DNA of 64,000 bases from Octopus sinensis (Eukaryota): the NCBI RefSeq assembly GCF_006345805.1, contig NC_043020.1, positions 11,904,001 through 11,968,000 of the forward strand, written 5' to 3'. The position numbers were made by a program, and so were the translations under genes. Every line of letters starts with the position of its first letter. Position 1 is the first letter of the stretch. Shown here piece after piece: positions 1 through 15,969 of the stretch. The notes beneath the pieces were generated by a model. The model was not told the DNA's origin. It searched no databases and saw only the letters and a program-made list of their open reading frames with translations.

Positions 1-650
1 TCAAAAGACTGATCAACAGGATAAACCTGGGTCCATCACTATGATCCATAGACCAAAGCCCAGTCGATGCAGTGAAAGCACCGTGACTCACCTCCTCAAA
101 GAAGGCAAGGGTGCAGCCTCCGCTGACAAGGTTATGCTCACAGTATTCTGGGACCAGTGAAGGAGGAGTAGTGATGACAGATTCCTGGCAAAGGGTACCA
201 CAATTACAGGAGCCTATTATGCTTCACTTTTGAGGAAATAAGAGAAGCTATCAAAATCAAGAGGCGGGGCAAGATCAGCAAAGGCATCCTCCCTCCTGCA
301 GGAAAACGCTACGGTCCACAACTCGCGTGTCGCCAGATCAGAAGCACAGGCGTGCAGCTATGAACTTCTCCCCTTGCACCCCTCTGATTTTACCTCTTCC
401 CTGCCATGAAGTTGATTTTGAAAGAAAGCGTTTCCCAGATGATGCAGCCTTGATTCTGAAGTCACGTCGTGGTTGGAGGACCAAAGCTGGGGTCTTCTTA
501 CAAAAACGGTCTCCAGAGCTGTATCAAACGATGGGAGAAATGCATAACTCTGGGTAGTTCCTATGTAGGAAAAGACTAATAACTGTGCCAAGTATCGTTG
601 AACTACTATGCTATGGGAAGGGTCAGGGGCATTACTATTGAACGCCCCTC

Positions 651-653
<3 letters not shown>
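1..653 (+). mobile_element. Degenerate mariner (Tc1/mariner) transposase 3' part and right TIR
   Basis: Frameshifted translation gives mariner-like TWVHHYDP, KVMLTVFWD, GTTITGAYYASLL; ends in ...TATTGAACGCCCCTCGTA (mariner-type TIR plus TA) at ~630-653, followed by (TA)n. Confidence 0.8.
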
Positions 654-694
<41 letters not shown>

Positions 695-1318
695 TATGTA
701 TGTATGTATGTATGTATGTATGCATGTATACAGGGTGAGAGTGAATGTTAGGTTGTTGTGTGTGGTCTGTGTTTCTGTCTGTCGGCAGTAAAATACATTG
801 TTACCAGCTCGTAGCTTCGAGATTGCGAGAGTGTGATATGTTTTTTGAATGACAGGTCGGGTAGGTGTGAGAGGCCAGATATGGTCGGTTTAGATTTTAA
901 AATGAAACAAAGCAGAATATTTGAGTTGATTTGCTGGTTTAAATGCCAAAGTTTTGAAACCAGAAACTTAAATATTTGCTAATCAATTTATTTAATTTAA
1001 TTACTCTCTCAACGGCATTTTAATATTGTTGTGAGGGGCGATGAGGTGGCACAATCGTAGTATCGGATATCATGCCTCACCATATTTGTCCCTCGTCTAT
1101 ACCTTCTGAAGTCAAATCCCGCCGAGGTTAACTTTACGTTTCATTTCTTCGGAGTACGAGTCAAGGAATGGATTCAATGATTTCGACTAATCCCGCATCC
1201 TCTCCTCAAAAATGTCGGCTTTGTGCATAAAGAAGAAAACATTTTAATGCCTTTGTTATTTCATTTTTATTTTCGTTACTAGAACACCAGTTGTTCCTCC
1301 GGCCCATATAATGGTAGT

Positions 1319-4300
1319 CTAACAAATCACACAAATAGCCAATCTTTTACGCCTTTGAGAATTCTTTGGAACAGCTTTCACACATTTTCGTTTTCGAAAC
1401 TCCATATTCTGTGTCGTATCTTTTTTCATTATTGAACTCGATCTTTTAACCACACTGTCCTTTCGATCTCTCGGTATAGAAAGTGACTTTCGAGCCACAG
1501 GTATTCTACTTTTTGTACTATCACTACCCTCGTATGCATCCGTCCAAGACAGTCTGTTCTTTTTTGGCGTAGTTATCTGTACCTCTTTACTCTTCTTACG
1601 AACATTTTCGTTCTCCTTAATGGGAGATTTCACCGATATTTCGGATTTCAAAGAAGACTTCTTCGGAATGTTTTCAAACAAAACTTCATCTCTTTGAGAA
1701 ATTTCCCCAATCGAAAACCGTATGGTAGACGAACTTCTGTTGAATATATAATCACTGGAACGTGTTTGTGTGCTTTCCCGTCGTACTGGGTTCGGTGGTA
1801 AAATAACACGCGATGATCTTTTTATAGACAAAGGTTTTTCTAAACAGAGTGCATTTCTAAATGATTTTCCTTTTTCCTGCTCTAATTCCCGGCGTCTTTC
1901 GTAAAGAAGCTCATCGAAACAACTTGATCGTCTTGCTGTATAAGGCGACCTGTATAATGACGACTTGGAACGTGATGAAACTATAGTTTCTGATCCCGAG
2001 TAGTTCCCAGATTTTGTTAAAGTGGACGGTTGTCGTCTGAACACGTGTGGTTGTGGTTCATCGGGTGAGGCTTCACCAGTACGTGTAGCAGGTACATAAG
2101 TCTGAACAGATACTTCGCTTACAGTTGGGGATCGTTCATCGGTTTGACAATTCTTTGTTACTCTAGTAATCATCTCAGTTTCCGGTGAAACAGGTATTGT
2201 TAGATCATCCACAGTGACTAATTCTTCAATAGGATAAGAAAGTATGGTTTGGATGGTTTGTTGCTCTAGCACCACATTTAAATATGTCAGAACTGTCTGT
2301 GTGGCTACATTTACTTGTAACATCGGAGTAGTCGTACTCGATATCGGTACTCCTGAGTAAAACGTCTTTAAAGCTAATTCATACTCTTTCTTAATATCAA
2401 ATATTTCATCACCATTTGCAATACCAGCCCAGTGAGCTCTGTTGTCGAGCATCCCATGATATAAAGGCTCCAATTCTTCATGCAGTTCTGACAAAGTTTT
2501 ATAAAGCAGTGTACTCACAAAATCAATAAAACCAACTTGCATTTGTGGTATTTCGCGTATACAATTGCGATCCATTAACGGCAACAGAGGAATATCATAA
2601 GCTCTTTCCATGTCTCCTTGTGTAAAGAATTCCTCAGCCATTAACATGACTGAGAATTTTTGAAAATCCCATGGCTTGGTAATAGCTGTAAGATCAGCTG
2701 CAGTCATTATCATACTAGTTAATAATTCAACGCTTTCTCGAGACTCAAAAGTTTTGTTACCGTCTTCGATGTGTTTTCTAAAAGTGTTTCTTTTCAAAAA
2801 ATAATCTACAAGGTCTGTAGCGAGGATTGCTTTCTCGATAAATTTGAGAGCCTTCTTATATTTTTCAGCTGAAACGTTTTTTAAAATATTTGTATCTTCA
2901 TTTTGCAATATCATGATACTTCGATTTATATGATGGTTTTCCAACACAGACGTATTGTAGAGAGTAGCAAGAGGCGATGCTGTATTCACTTGGAATGCAT
3001 TATTGGTTCCTCTGTGATCAATGTCATGAAACAAGCAAGCTATTAGCAGACATATTAGTTCAAATTCTTTGAAATATACTTGTAATCTACCGGTGGTCAA
3101 CATACAAAACATTGCTTGAGTAACATTGACAGCATGCTGCCAATTATGGTAGGTAAGAGGACGATAGTTTTTTTTCACAGTTAGTATCCATCTATACAAA
3201 GTAAACTTGGATATTTTCAATGAATTTAGAGCGTTCATTTCTATAAAGATAAGAGCAGTCAATATAACCTGTTCGTCTTCTGAGTATAAATAACTAATAA
3301 AATTGTAAGAGTAAAGTTTATAGTGACTTGTTGTGCGAATGTCTTGATGTTGCATGTCATAAGCTTCTTCTTCTTCGCAAGTCGTGTGAAACTGAAGCAA
3401 TTCGTATGCGAAATCTTGGCTGGATGTTATTTTATTGCAACTTTTGTACAAATGGTCGTTATAAATCGCCAGTCCGCAGAAAATGGCAAATGTCTCCAAC
3501 ATATTAATGTCATTTTCACTAAAGGTATTAATCGTCTTCCTGAGAAACATCATATAACCAATTACACTATCGCGATCACCGTGTATTGTCACGCAAATTA
3601 TCCAATTTAGTATATCACCATCCAATGTGATTTTGGTTTTCCATTTGGTTCTATCATGTAAATTAGTCACGCTAACTACATTCACCATGCTAGCACTATT
3701 CATATTTCGTTCAATAAATGATATGAACATTGGGTCTATAGGAGTATTTTTTACTTTAGTGTCTCCCTTCAAAAGTTGTAAAACGTTCGCTGACTCGGTC
3801 AGTTGACGTGCATCGTCTATATCATCACTTAAATAGATGCTGATATTATCACAGTCCAGCATTTTGATGGCGTATTGAAGAATTTCAGATACAAGTCTCT
3901 GGAAATCCTCCCCCGTTTTCAAAAAACACCGACCGAGTTTCAATAACATTTGATGCCGTATTGTTTCTCCTTGGGCAGCTTTAAAGAACTGATCATTGTT
4001 GAGATTCAGAGCACAAATTTTCGAGAAACATTCGAATAAGTTTTCATCACTAGAATCGAAATTATCTCCATCCAATTTATTCAATGCTTTAGCTACTCCT
4101 ATCACACGATCGTTTTTATCGAAAATTGGTAGCGAAAGAATCGATCTAATTTGACAGTTAGTCTCTCTCATATTTTCCGTAAGGCGTGAATCACGCCACG
4201 CTTCTTTAATATTTACTAAACATTCGTTTTCCGCTACGAAACCAACAATTCCTTCGCCAAATGGTAGATGAACCGTGTCTTCTTCTGTATTATCTATTTC

Positions 4301-4428
4301 GCCAGGTTGAGATCTAGTTGAAATATTGTTGGTTTCCGAAATAAGAAATCGATTTTTACCAACTCCTTGGACCAAAAGAAGGCTCGTTGCATGACAACGA
4401 AGCAAAATGCAGGCGTTTTGAAGAATTT
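1319..4428 (-). CDS. Intronless GAF-GAF cyclic-nucleotide phosphodiesterase, PDE5/6/11 class, type A copy 1 (5' end lost in assembly gap)
   Basis: Uninterrupted ORF with GAF-A (LNKLDGDNFDSSDE), GAF-B and catalytic motifs YHNWQH, HDIDHRG, LENHH, ATDL, TAADL..ITKPW, EFFTQGD, MQVGFIDFV; ends KRLAICVIC (CaaX). Near-identical to 22126-25235. Confidence 0.92.
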
Positions 4429-4528
4429 NNNNNNNNNNNNNNNNNNNNNNNNNNNNNNNNNNNNNNNNNNNNNNNNNNNNNNNNNNNNNNNNNNNNNNNN
4501 NNNNNNNNNNNNNNNNNNNNNNNNNNNN
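4429..4528. other. Assembly gap (100 N)
   Basis: Run of exactly 100 N; sequence left of it matches A2 up to ~25235, sequence right of it is unrelated. Confidence 1.
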
Positions 4529-4787
4529 CATTAAAGAGCAACATTAAATCGTTGGAGGGTGTGTGTGAGAGTGTGTGTATGTGTGTGTGAGAGTGTGTGT
4601 GTGAGTGTGTGTATGTGAGAGTGTGTGTATGTATGTGTACGTGTGTGAGAGTGTGTGCATGTCTGTGTGTGAGTGTGTAATTTTAATATTTCTATTATTG
4701 AAAACAAGTGGATGTATTCCACCGTAACTAGGTAAATAGAATCTTCGAACGGAGACGGTCAGTAGCGACACCTGCAGGTCTGACTAC

Positions 4788-4830
4788 GCTGCATTGAGAA
4801 GGGGCAACAACCCTGAAACATGTCTGTAGC
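4788..4830 (+). ncRNA. Minimal type I hammerhead ribozyme motif (U3-A8 variant)
   Basis: GCTGCA-TTGAGAA-GGGG caacaa CCCT-GAAA-CATGT-C-TGTAGC: helix I 6 bp, helix II 4 bp, palindromic helix III ACATGT, GUC cleavage triplet, C3U/G8A covariation. Confidence 0.6.
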
Positions 4831-5062
4831 TGTCGGACTAGCAGGTTGAAGCGGCTGACCTCCCCTGTTCGAAGGTTAATAATGGACGCAGTTTGTGTGT
4901 CAAGTAGCTAGCTTGAGGCGATGGCTTCATGGAGCTAATCAGCGACAGCTTTATTCTTATTTTTAAGAATGCCATATTAGTATGGCGATAACTATTATAT
5001 ATAATATATATATATACATGTATATGTATATACACACATGTATATATATATATATATAATAT

Positions 5063-5117
<55 letters not shown>

Positions 5118-5671
5118 AGATTAATCAGCCGAAATTGCTAAGATGATCTGGTTCTTGACTGTTGACTGAGGGCTTCGAATGTCCCGTCCTGTGGTTCTTG
5201 TGTCGTCTCTGTGGTGTTTCATGTTCTTGTCCATGTCTGTAATTATTTTTACTGTTTACCTATATATATATATACATATATATATTTATTTATTTATGTA
5301 TACATACATACATACATACATACACACACTCATATATAGATGTGTGTATGCATGTACATATAATTCTGTATAAACATATACACTCACACATATATTCACA
5401 ATGAAGGGAGACATACACACTTATATATATTATATTTTATTATAATATAGTATATGAAATACATATGTTCGCATCGTTTTTGTTTATATAGGTTCTTACG
5501 TTTGAAGCTGACATCGTTACAAGCAAATAAATAGTCAATCTATTTTTCTCTCGTGTTCTTGAAATACTAAATAACTGAATAATTTCGTGAAAGGCTTACA
5601 TAATCCTTTGATTTGTATTCTTTATCTTTCTTTGAGTAAGTAAAGTAATTGTTCTCTCTTTTGCTGGGAAA

Positions 5672-8600
5672 CTAGAATATCATGCACATTTTGCTTTTTA
5701 AAACGGTTAGTCTTTGAGGAGGGTTTGGTTTCGCAGTGATTTTCGCGCATTTCCGTTGTCGATTATCGTTGTTCAAATTTGGATTTTTTAACTTCAAGTC
5801 TGCTTGCGGTTTAAAACCTTCAGTGTTTTCATTTCCTTCCGTGCTCTTAGGTTTTTCTGAGAGATTCTCTGGGATTCTGTAAGATTCTGTGTTTCCCTGT
5901 GTTTTTCTGTAAGATTCTGTGTTTCCCTGTGTTTTTCTGTCAGATTCTGTGTTTTTCTGTGTTTTTCTGTCAGATTCTGTGTTTTCCGGTGTGTTTCTGT
6001 CAGATTCTGTGTTTTCCTGTGTTTTTCTGTCAGACGATGCTTTTGAAAAACTTCCCCTTACAGTATATTGAGAACTAATTTCCGAGATGGTTTCGTCTGA
6101 TGTCATGCTTTTGATGCTTTTGTTATATTCGGGTTCTGAAGATGATAGTTTTTGCCGTACTGGTGGTTGAAAAACACGACTTATTCTTTTGAATGGTTGG
6201 GTGGTTCATCAGGTAAGGCATTCAGAGCCTGACTTCCTCGTCGGCTTTGTGATAATTCGCTACGTTTGTTCTCAGCAACTTCATCGATCCAACTAGTTCG
6301 TCTTTGCCGGTTGATTGGAGGCAAAGGCTGAGTTGGTTGTACATGATTACTGTAAGCTTTTCTCCGTAAAGATAACTTATCTTGTCCAATGTTAGATTCT
6401 TCTAGTGTTTCTAAAGATATCACTGGTTGTTCGTGTGGCATTGTAATCGGTAAGTGCTCTGATTCTCTCAAAGAAGGCCTTTCTGTTTGAGTTATTGCCG
6501 AAAACACTTTCAGAAGTCGAGGTTCAGTTTGACTATCCGCTGTTTTTGTCTCAACATTGTTCAAAGATGGTTTGGTAGTTTTTTGTTGACATATATCTAT
6601 TGGGATTGAAATATCAGTCTGAGTAACCTTTTGCTCTTGATTAAATGTGAAAAGAGTTTGGGTCGAAACACCCGTGTCTCCTATATCTTCGACTGTCATA
6701 GCACTATCCAGCGAAATGTTATATAAAACTAATTGGAATTCTCTATCAACATCAAATTTTTCCTCACCATTTGCAATATGAGACCAATGAGCTCTGTTTT
6801 CGAGCATCCCATCGTAAAGAGGTTTTAATTCCTCATGCACCTGATGAAGAAGTTTGTAAAGTAATGTACACACAAAATCAATAAAACCAACTTGCATTTT
6901 GGGCAATTCGTATCTTTTACTGCGATCCATCATAGGCAACACAGGATATTTACATTGGGTTTCTATGTCACCTTGTTCGAAGAATTCGGCTGCGACCATA
7001 ATAGCAGTCTTTCTTTGAACCTCCCATGGCTTAGTAATAGCTGAAAGGTCACACGCAGTCATCATCATGCTAATAAGTAAATCAATGGTTTCTTGAGATG
7101 ACAACGTTTGGTCTTCGACTTCTATTTTGCGTTTGAAAATATTTCTTCTCTCAAAATATACTACGAGATCCGTGGCAATGATTGCTTTCTCGATTAATTT
7201 GAGACCCTTCTGATATTTTTCAGCTGGAACGTTTTTAAAAATATTTGTATCTTCAGTTTTTAATATCCTGATACTTTGATCTATATGATGGTTTTCCAAC
7301 ACAGACGTACTGTAAAGAGTAGCAAGAGGAGATGCCGTCTTCACTTGAAATGCATTATTATATCCTCTATGATCAAGATCATGACACAAAGCAGCCACCA
7401 ATAGGCAAATCTGCTCAAATTCTGTGAAATAATTTTGCAATTTGCCAGTAGTCAACATACAAAACATCATTTGAGTAACATTGATAGCATGACGCCAATT
7501 ATGATAGATGACAGGTCGATAGTTCTTTTTAACAGTTAGTATCCACCTATATAATAATTCTTTAGATATGTTGAGAACGGGCAATGTTTTGGCATCTAAA
7601 AATATGCGAACGACCAACAAAACAGTGTCATCCTCTGAATATATGAAGTCATTGAAATCGAATCGATAAATTTGGTAAAAACCTGAAGATAGTACCTCCA
7701 TACTTAAAAAATTATCTACAATTTCTGGATAACAAGTAATATAGTAGCTAAGTACTTTGTTTGTAAATTCTAGCTGTTCCAGCATATTTGATGCAGTTTC
7801 ATAAAGACGGCAATTATAGATAGCTAAACCGCAGAACATTGCAAATATTTCCATCATGCTGATATCATTTTGACTAAAAATATCCTTTGAATCTTTGATG
7901 TATACGATCCAACCAAGAAAATTCTTACCGGCATCTCTAATAGCTAAACAAAGCAACTGACTCTCAATCTTATATTCGAGATTTACGCTGTCAGACTCAG
8001 TAAGGTTCCCCGAAAGAAATAAATCGAAAGTATTTCCGCTGTTAATATTTTGTTCAATTGCTTTCTTTACTTTAGGTGTTATAATTTGTTCTGAGATATC
8101 TGAAGCTCCTTTCAATAAGTGAAAAACTTTGGAAGAATCAGTTGGGCAAAGGTTATCCTTTTTCGGATCAATCAAATAAATGCTGATACTCTCACACTGT
8201 AACATTTCCATGGCGAGTTTGGTAATTTCGGACATTAGTTTCGGTAGAGAATTTTGATATTTTAGTATACATCGATTCAGTCTTAGTAATAACTTGTGTT
8301 GTGTGAATTCCTCAAATGATCTTCGCAAGAAAGTATTGCTTCTTATACTAATGGCACAAAAGGACAAAAAACTCTCGCAGATCATTTGGTCTTCAGCATC
8401 AAAATAGAGATTATCTCTTTTATTTATTATTTGAGCGACAGCTAACAACTATCATCAGTGTCTAGAATTGGCATGCATAGAATGCTTTTGGTACGATGTC
8501 CAATTTTTTCGTCGACTTCACTTAAGAAACGAGGATCCTGATACACATCCTTAATATTTAAGAGATACTTATTATCAGCTACAAATCCTGCAATACCTTT

Positions 8601-9080
8601 TCCGAAGGGAATGCGTAGTGCGTTTTCTTCAGTATGAAGTGATTGTTCAAGAGTAGAGTCAGATGTAATATCAAACAGGGTCGACATTAGATATTGAACT
8701 TTTCCAACTCCTCGAACCATAAAAAGATTTGCTCTTTCACTGTGAAGTAAGATACATAAATTCTGAAGAACTTTATGACAGACAAAGTGTATATGAATCT
8801 CGGAATTAAGAACTTTCAATATTTCTTTGTACTTTTCATTTGTAGTAAGAGATTCGGCTTGGTTTCTTCGGGAAAGTTTCTTATGAAACACTATGTTTTG
8901 TAAGAAGTCTATAAAGGAATCTACTGCTTCTTCCTTTAATTTTTGATTGTATAATTCTTCCCCCAAGTCACCCAGTCCTCGCCTAGAGAGCCATGATCTA
9001 ACGAATACTGGATTCTTCGACAAGAAATCATCCACATCTTCTTCAGTAAGTCCTGCTTTCTCAGTAAATTTTGTTGCCAT
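5672..9080 (-). CDS. Intronless GAF-GAF phosphodiesterase type B copy 1 (~1136 aa after correcting two 1-bp deletions)
   Basis: ORF pieces 8442-9104, 6181-8448 and 5672-6106 join when compared with intact B2: AAA->AA near 8450 and TTT->TT near 6205. First ATG at 9080 (track start 9104 is TTG). YHNWRH, HDLDH, TACD, MQVGFIDFV intact; ends KSKMCMIF. Confidence 0.88.
5882..6031 (-). repeat. Coding 30-bp tandem repeat, 5 units (DRKTQENTES-like) in B1 tail
   Basis: Units such as GACAGAAAAACACAGGAAAACACAGAATCT, in frame. Confidence 0.9.
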
Positions 9081-9248
9081 GTTTCTTTTAAGTTTAATTT
9101 CCAAACAAGGTTCAATGATGCTTCTAAGTATTCTAGAAAACGTTTCATGAAAATTTCTGTATTTCTTGATTTTATTTTAAATCAGTAGTCTTCGCTACTT
9201 GAAATTAGAAGCAGGCAGCAGACATGCTTTCGTGGTTTGTCTTCGAAA

Positions 9249-9276
9249 TGACGCCGAATAATCTGTTGTGACGTAA
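9249..9276. promoter_or_regulatory. CRE-like pair upstream of B1 (TGACGCCG at 9249, TGACGTAA at 9269)
   Basis: TGACGTAA lies 189 bp upstream of the ATG; the same site is at 44797-44804 in B2. Confidence 0.45.
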
Positions 9277-9531
9277 GCAAAATTATGACAAAATATTCAA
9301 AATCGTCAAACGATCGAGTTGTAGATGACACACCTGCATAATTTGCCCTTGGCTTTATTAGTCTAAGACAAAACGATCCTCACTATGAATCATATTATGT
9401 TCTGTGTAGTTGATAATAATCAAATCGAAAGTACAGTTGATGCTGGATCGAACCAAACACACTACGAAGAACGTGAATACATTGTTGCTGGAATTTGGTT
9501 CAATTCTCCACAGTATCTGAAACTTCCCCGC

Positions 9532-11983
<2,452 letters not shown>

Positions 11984-11996
11984 TGACATATGAATA

Positions 11997-12206
11997 GGGT
12001 GCTGAAACGTTCCTGGCTTTAGGTAAAAGGAAATACAGGAGGATCAGTTAGTTATGATTTTATTGAACATATTTCCCTCTCAGATTCACACCCTTATTGC
12101 AGGGGTCCTTCAGTTTTTCTAATCCCGGTTAAAGAGTTCGGAAGGGTGGGCCTTCAACCAGGCCTTTCGCGATACACTTAAAGCCAAGAACTTTTCAGCA
12201 ACACCC
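11997..12206. mobile_element. Mariner-like MITE (~210 bp)
   Basis: Imperfect TIRs GGGTGCTGAAACGTTCCTGGCTTTA / TAAAGCCAAGAACTTTTCAGCAACACCC; no ORF. Confidence 0.65.
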
Positions 12207-12237
12207 AAGCCCTCATACACACACACACACGCGCGCA

Positions 12238-12285
<48 letters not shown>

Positions 12286-12311
12286 CATATACAGATAGAC
12301 AGACAGGCAGG

Positions 12312-12389
<78 letters not shown>

Positions 12390-12654
12390 CATATGTAGTC
12401 GAATACTATATTACTTTTTATGGTATATAACAGGTCAGAATGTCACCGTTGGTTTCGCGCTGGCTATTGCACTTGGTAATATTGAGTGTGACTTATGGAC
12501 AACTAACTGATTATATACATACATATATACATACATATATACATATAATCACAAAGAAGTATACATATATTCACGTACATATTATTTATTTACGTTTGCT
12601 TTTTCGTTTGCAGCTGTTTCAGCTAATACAAAATGTTTGTTGCTCAATAATTAC

Positions 12655-15600
12655 TTATGAAATCTTACACACATACTTTTCCATAAAATCGTCCTGCCTT
12701 TTGGTTCTCTTGCTTGTAAGAACTGGTTTACTCCGTGGAATTTTCTTTAAACATTTTCTTCTTCGACCTTGATTGAGGTCTTTCACTGCAACATTAGAAA
12801 TTTTTTCTCTTTCTTCTGCACTCATTGTAAATCTTTCCATGTCTAGCGTCTGTTTAGAGATCACAGGTCTCAAAGCTCTCATCTTTTGTTCAGGCGTTTC
12901 AAATGTTACACAAGCAGCTGTCCAGCTACCTATGTCTGACGAACAACCCATCGCTTCTTGTTCTGCTCCATCGAGATTCATACTTGTAGGGAATTTATTT
13001 GTTTTTAACCATGAGTCTGAAAATGTTTTGGGTGGTTCAAGGGACATGGCTCTACTAAGAAATCCAGGTTGGCTACAGAACTCACTATCACCATTTGAAA
13101 ATTTCACTTGCGTCCCTATATTAATTTTTCGGATTCTTTTACCGATTGGCCTTACCGTTACTGCGAGAAGTTTTTCCGCATAAAAACTTTTTATGGCGTT
13201 CGTTAAAGCACGAGATTCGGAGTAAGACATTGTAGACAAATCATCATCCGTTTGAGATGTCTTTTGACGTAGTCGTTGACTTTCTTCAGCGAGAACAAAA
13301 GTAGTCTGAGTAGACGATGTTGCCATTCCTAACGCAACATTTTCAGAGTGAATCCGTGATATTTTAGGTGTTACAATTTTGTGATATTTTGCTCCTTTCA
13401 AACTCATTTCTTCATTATAAAGAGTCTCAATTTCGGAATCAATGTCAAAAAACTCGATGCCTTCAGCTATATGGGCCCAGTGATTTCGATTCTCCAATGC
13501 CCCTTCATACAGATGAGTCAGATTAGCATCCATTTCAGATAAAACTTGAAAAATCGGAACACATTGAGTATCAAAATACTTCACTTCCATTTCAGGAAAT
13601 TTGTATCTATTTTCACGATCCATGAGATCTTCGACATCTTTCTGTAAAGTTTTTTCTTGATCCCCCTGCTCGAAAAATTCAGCTGCAATCTTAACTGCAG
13701 CATTTCTTTCAAACGACCATGGCTTTGTAGTAGCTGAAAGATCACAGGCTGCCATTATAACGGTTATTAATAAATCAATGCTTTCTTGACACTGAAAACC
13801 TTTGTCGCCCTTTTTGATTTCCTCTCTAAAACTTTTAATTACTTCATTAAGATCTTTTACATCTGTGCCAAGAATCGCTTTCTCGATAAATTTAAGACCG
13901 TGCTGATAATTTTCAGCCGAGAGATTCTGGAATATATTGGTTTCGGCGGTGTTTAACATCCTGATAGCTCTATCTATATGATGGTGTTCCAAGACGGACG
14001 TATCGTATAATGTAGTGAGCGGAGATGATATCTTCACTTGAAATTTATTATTTGTCCCTCTGTGGTCAAGATCATGCAATAAAGAAGCAATAAGGGAACA
14101 AATCTGTTCAAATTCTGTGAAATAATATTGTATTCGTGAACAGGTCAAAAAATAAAACATCATTTGAAATACCAGTACACCGTGGCGCCAGTTATGGAAA
14201 ATATTTGGGCGATAATTCTTCTTTGCTGTTAAAATAAACCTGTATAAAATATCAATCGGTAAATTTAATATGGTCAAAGCATTTTTATCAAGAAACACAC
14301 GAGCACACAACGAAACAATTTCATCATCTGTAAATACAGATTCAATAAAGGCATAGGAATATAATTGATACTCTTCAGCGGATCGTGGCTCGACTTTTAA
14401 GAAAGGTTCGATAAGTTTCCGGTCGCATGTGGTATGAAATGCCAGCACATCGTTCATTACTTCTCCCTGTGCCAACATCCTAACAGAACGTTCATATATG
14501 CGACAATTATGAATACTGATTCCACAAATCAATGCAAACGTCTCCATTAGGTTGATGTCACTTTGGTCGAAAACATCTTTGGAATGTCTTTCAAATATTA
14601 TGCAACCGACGACCTCACTTGTAGCATTTGTTATTGTCATACACAGTAGCCAACGGCCGACATCACCTTCAACAGTGATTAACCTCTCTTTTGATTCACC
14701 TTGTAATCGAATTATATCGATTATATTGATACTTTTTAAATTTCGGCCAATTGGTATTATATATTTCGGATCTAACGGAACTTCCTCCACTTCTTCTTCA
14801 TCTTTTAATAACTGGAAAACGTTAGACGATATCGTCGGAGAGGCCGCATCCATTCTGTTTTCTGTCAAACAAACAGAAATCTTGCTACAGTCTAACATAT
14901 CCATGGCATGTCGAAGAATTTCTGATATAAGCTTTCGAAAATTGATTTGCTCTTTCAGAACAAATTTGACAAGTTTTAGCAATAACTTGTGGCGTTTAAA
15001 TTCCACTTGTGATATTTCTAACAACCGTTCGTTGATTATACTGATTCCGCAAAACGACAAAAAGTTCTGAAATATAATTTCATCATTCGAATCGAAATAA
15101 CGATCATGTTTCTTATTCAATGCTTGAGCTACACCTATTACGACGTCATCTCTATCCTTAATTGGTACAGATAGAATACTTTTCGTACAGAACCCCGTTG
15201 ATTTATCAATCTCATGTAAAAAACGTTCGTCTTCGTAGGCATCTTTAATGTTCAATAGACAACTGTATTCAGCTACATATCCGACAATTCCTTTCCGAAA
15301 GGAATGCGAATGGCATTTTCTTCGTTGTGAATTGTATCCTCCATAACCGAGGTGGCTGTAACGTCAAAGAGCTTGGAAACTAAGTGTAGCTTTTTAGCAG
15401 TTCCATGTAACAGAAATAGGCTCGCTCTCTCACAATCGAGGATGATACAAGCATTTTGAAGAATTTTATGACACTGTTTGTCGACATTGACTTCGAAAAC
15501 AGTGTCTTTTACAAACTCTCTGTATATTTCATTCTCTGTCACTACTGAACTATACCCTCTTGATTTTGATTTCACCTCCTGTAATACTGTATCACTTGTA

Positions 15601-15758
15601 GTTGCACTATAACCGGTCTCTCCCGGTACTTTCAACGTGCATTTAAGGCTTTGCCTTTTGACGTCCACTGTAAAATGCCGAGATTGCCATTTGCGAACGA
15701 AATCTGGATTATTCTGTAAGAAATTTTCAACCTCATCTTGCTGTAAATCATCCATCAT
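12655..15758 (-). CDS. Intronless GAF-GAF phosphodiesterase type C (~1034 aa after correcting one 1-bp deletion), atypical active site
   Basis: 15273-15758 and 12655-15255 join at IPFG-KGIVG (GGAAAAGGA read as GGAAAGGA near 15297). ATG at 15758 is preceded by an in-frame TAA. Metal ligands HNWRH, HDLDH, AACD retained; invariant Q replaced (MEVKYFD); ends KYVCKIS. Confidence 0.88.
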
Positions 15759-15969
15759 TTACTGGTGTAGTATCAAAATCGAAACCAATTATAGTTTTGT
15801 TGATGCTGATAATGATGAGGATATTGACCATATTTTTCTTACCAGAATCATTTGTATGGCAATGATGTTCATATCTTTGTATCTAGCCGTTTAATCTACA
15901 TAAAACTGCATTCTTTACAATGCTCTACCAAATGCTTTTCCATCAAAAGAACGGCAATTTTTCTAAACA

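Noticed and set aside
8440-8460. Introns or programmed frameshifting at the PDE ORF breaks
   Set aside because: Paralog comparison shows exactly one base missing with no intervening sequence or splice signals; the sites are not conserved between paralogs.
12773-15070. Antisense ORFs overlapping PDE and LINE genes (e.g. 3323-3610, 12773-13183, 14552-15070, 34398-34757, 57818-58237)
   Set aside because: Shadow frames of real coding sequence with no motifs of their own.
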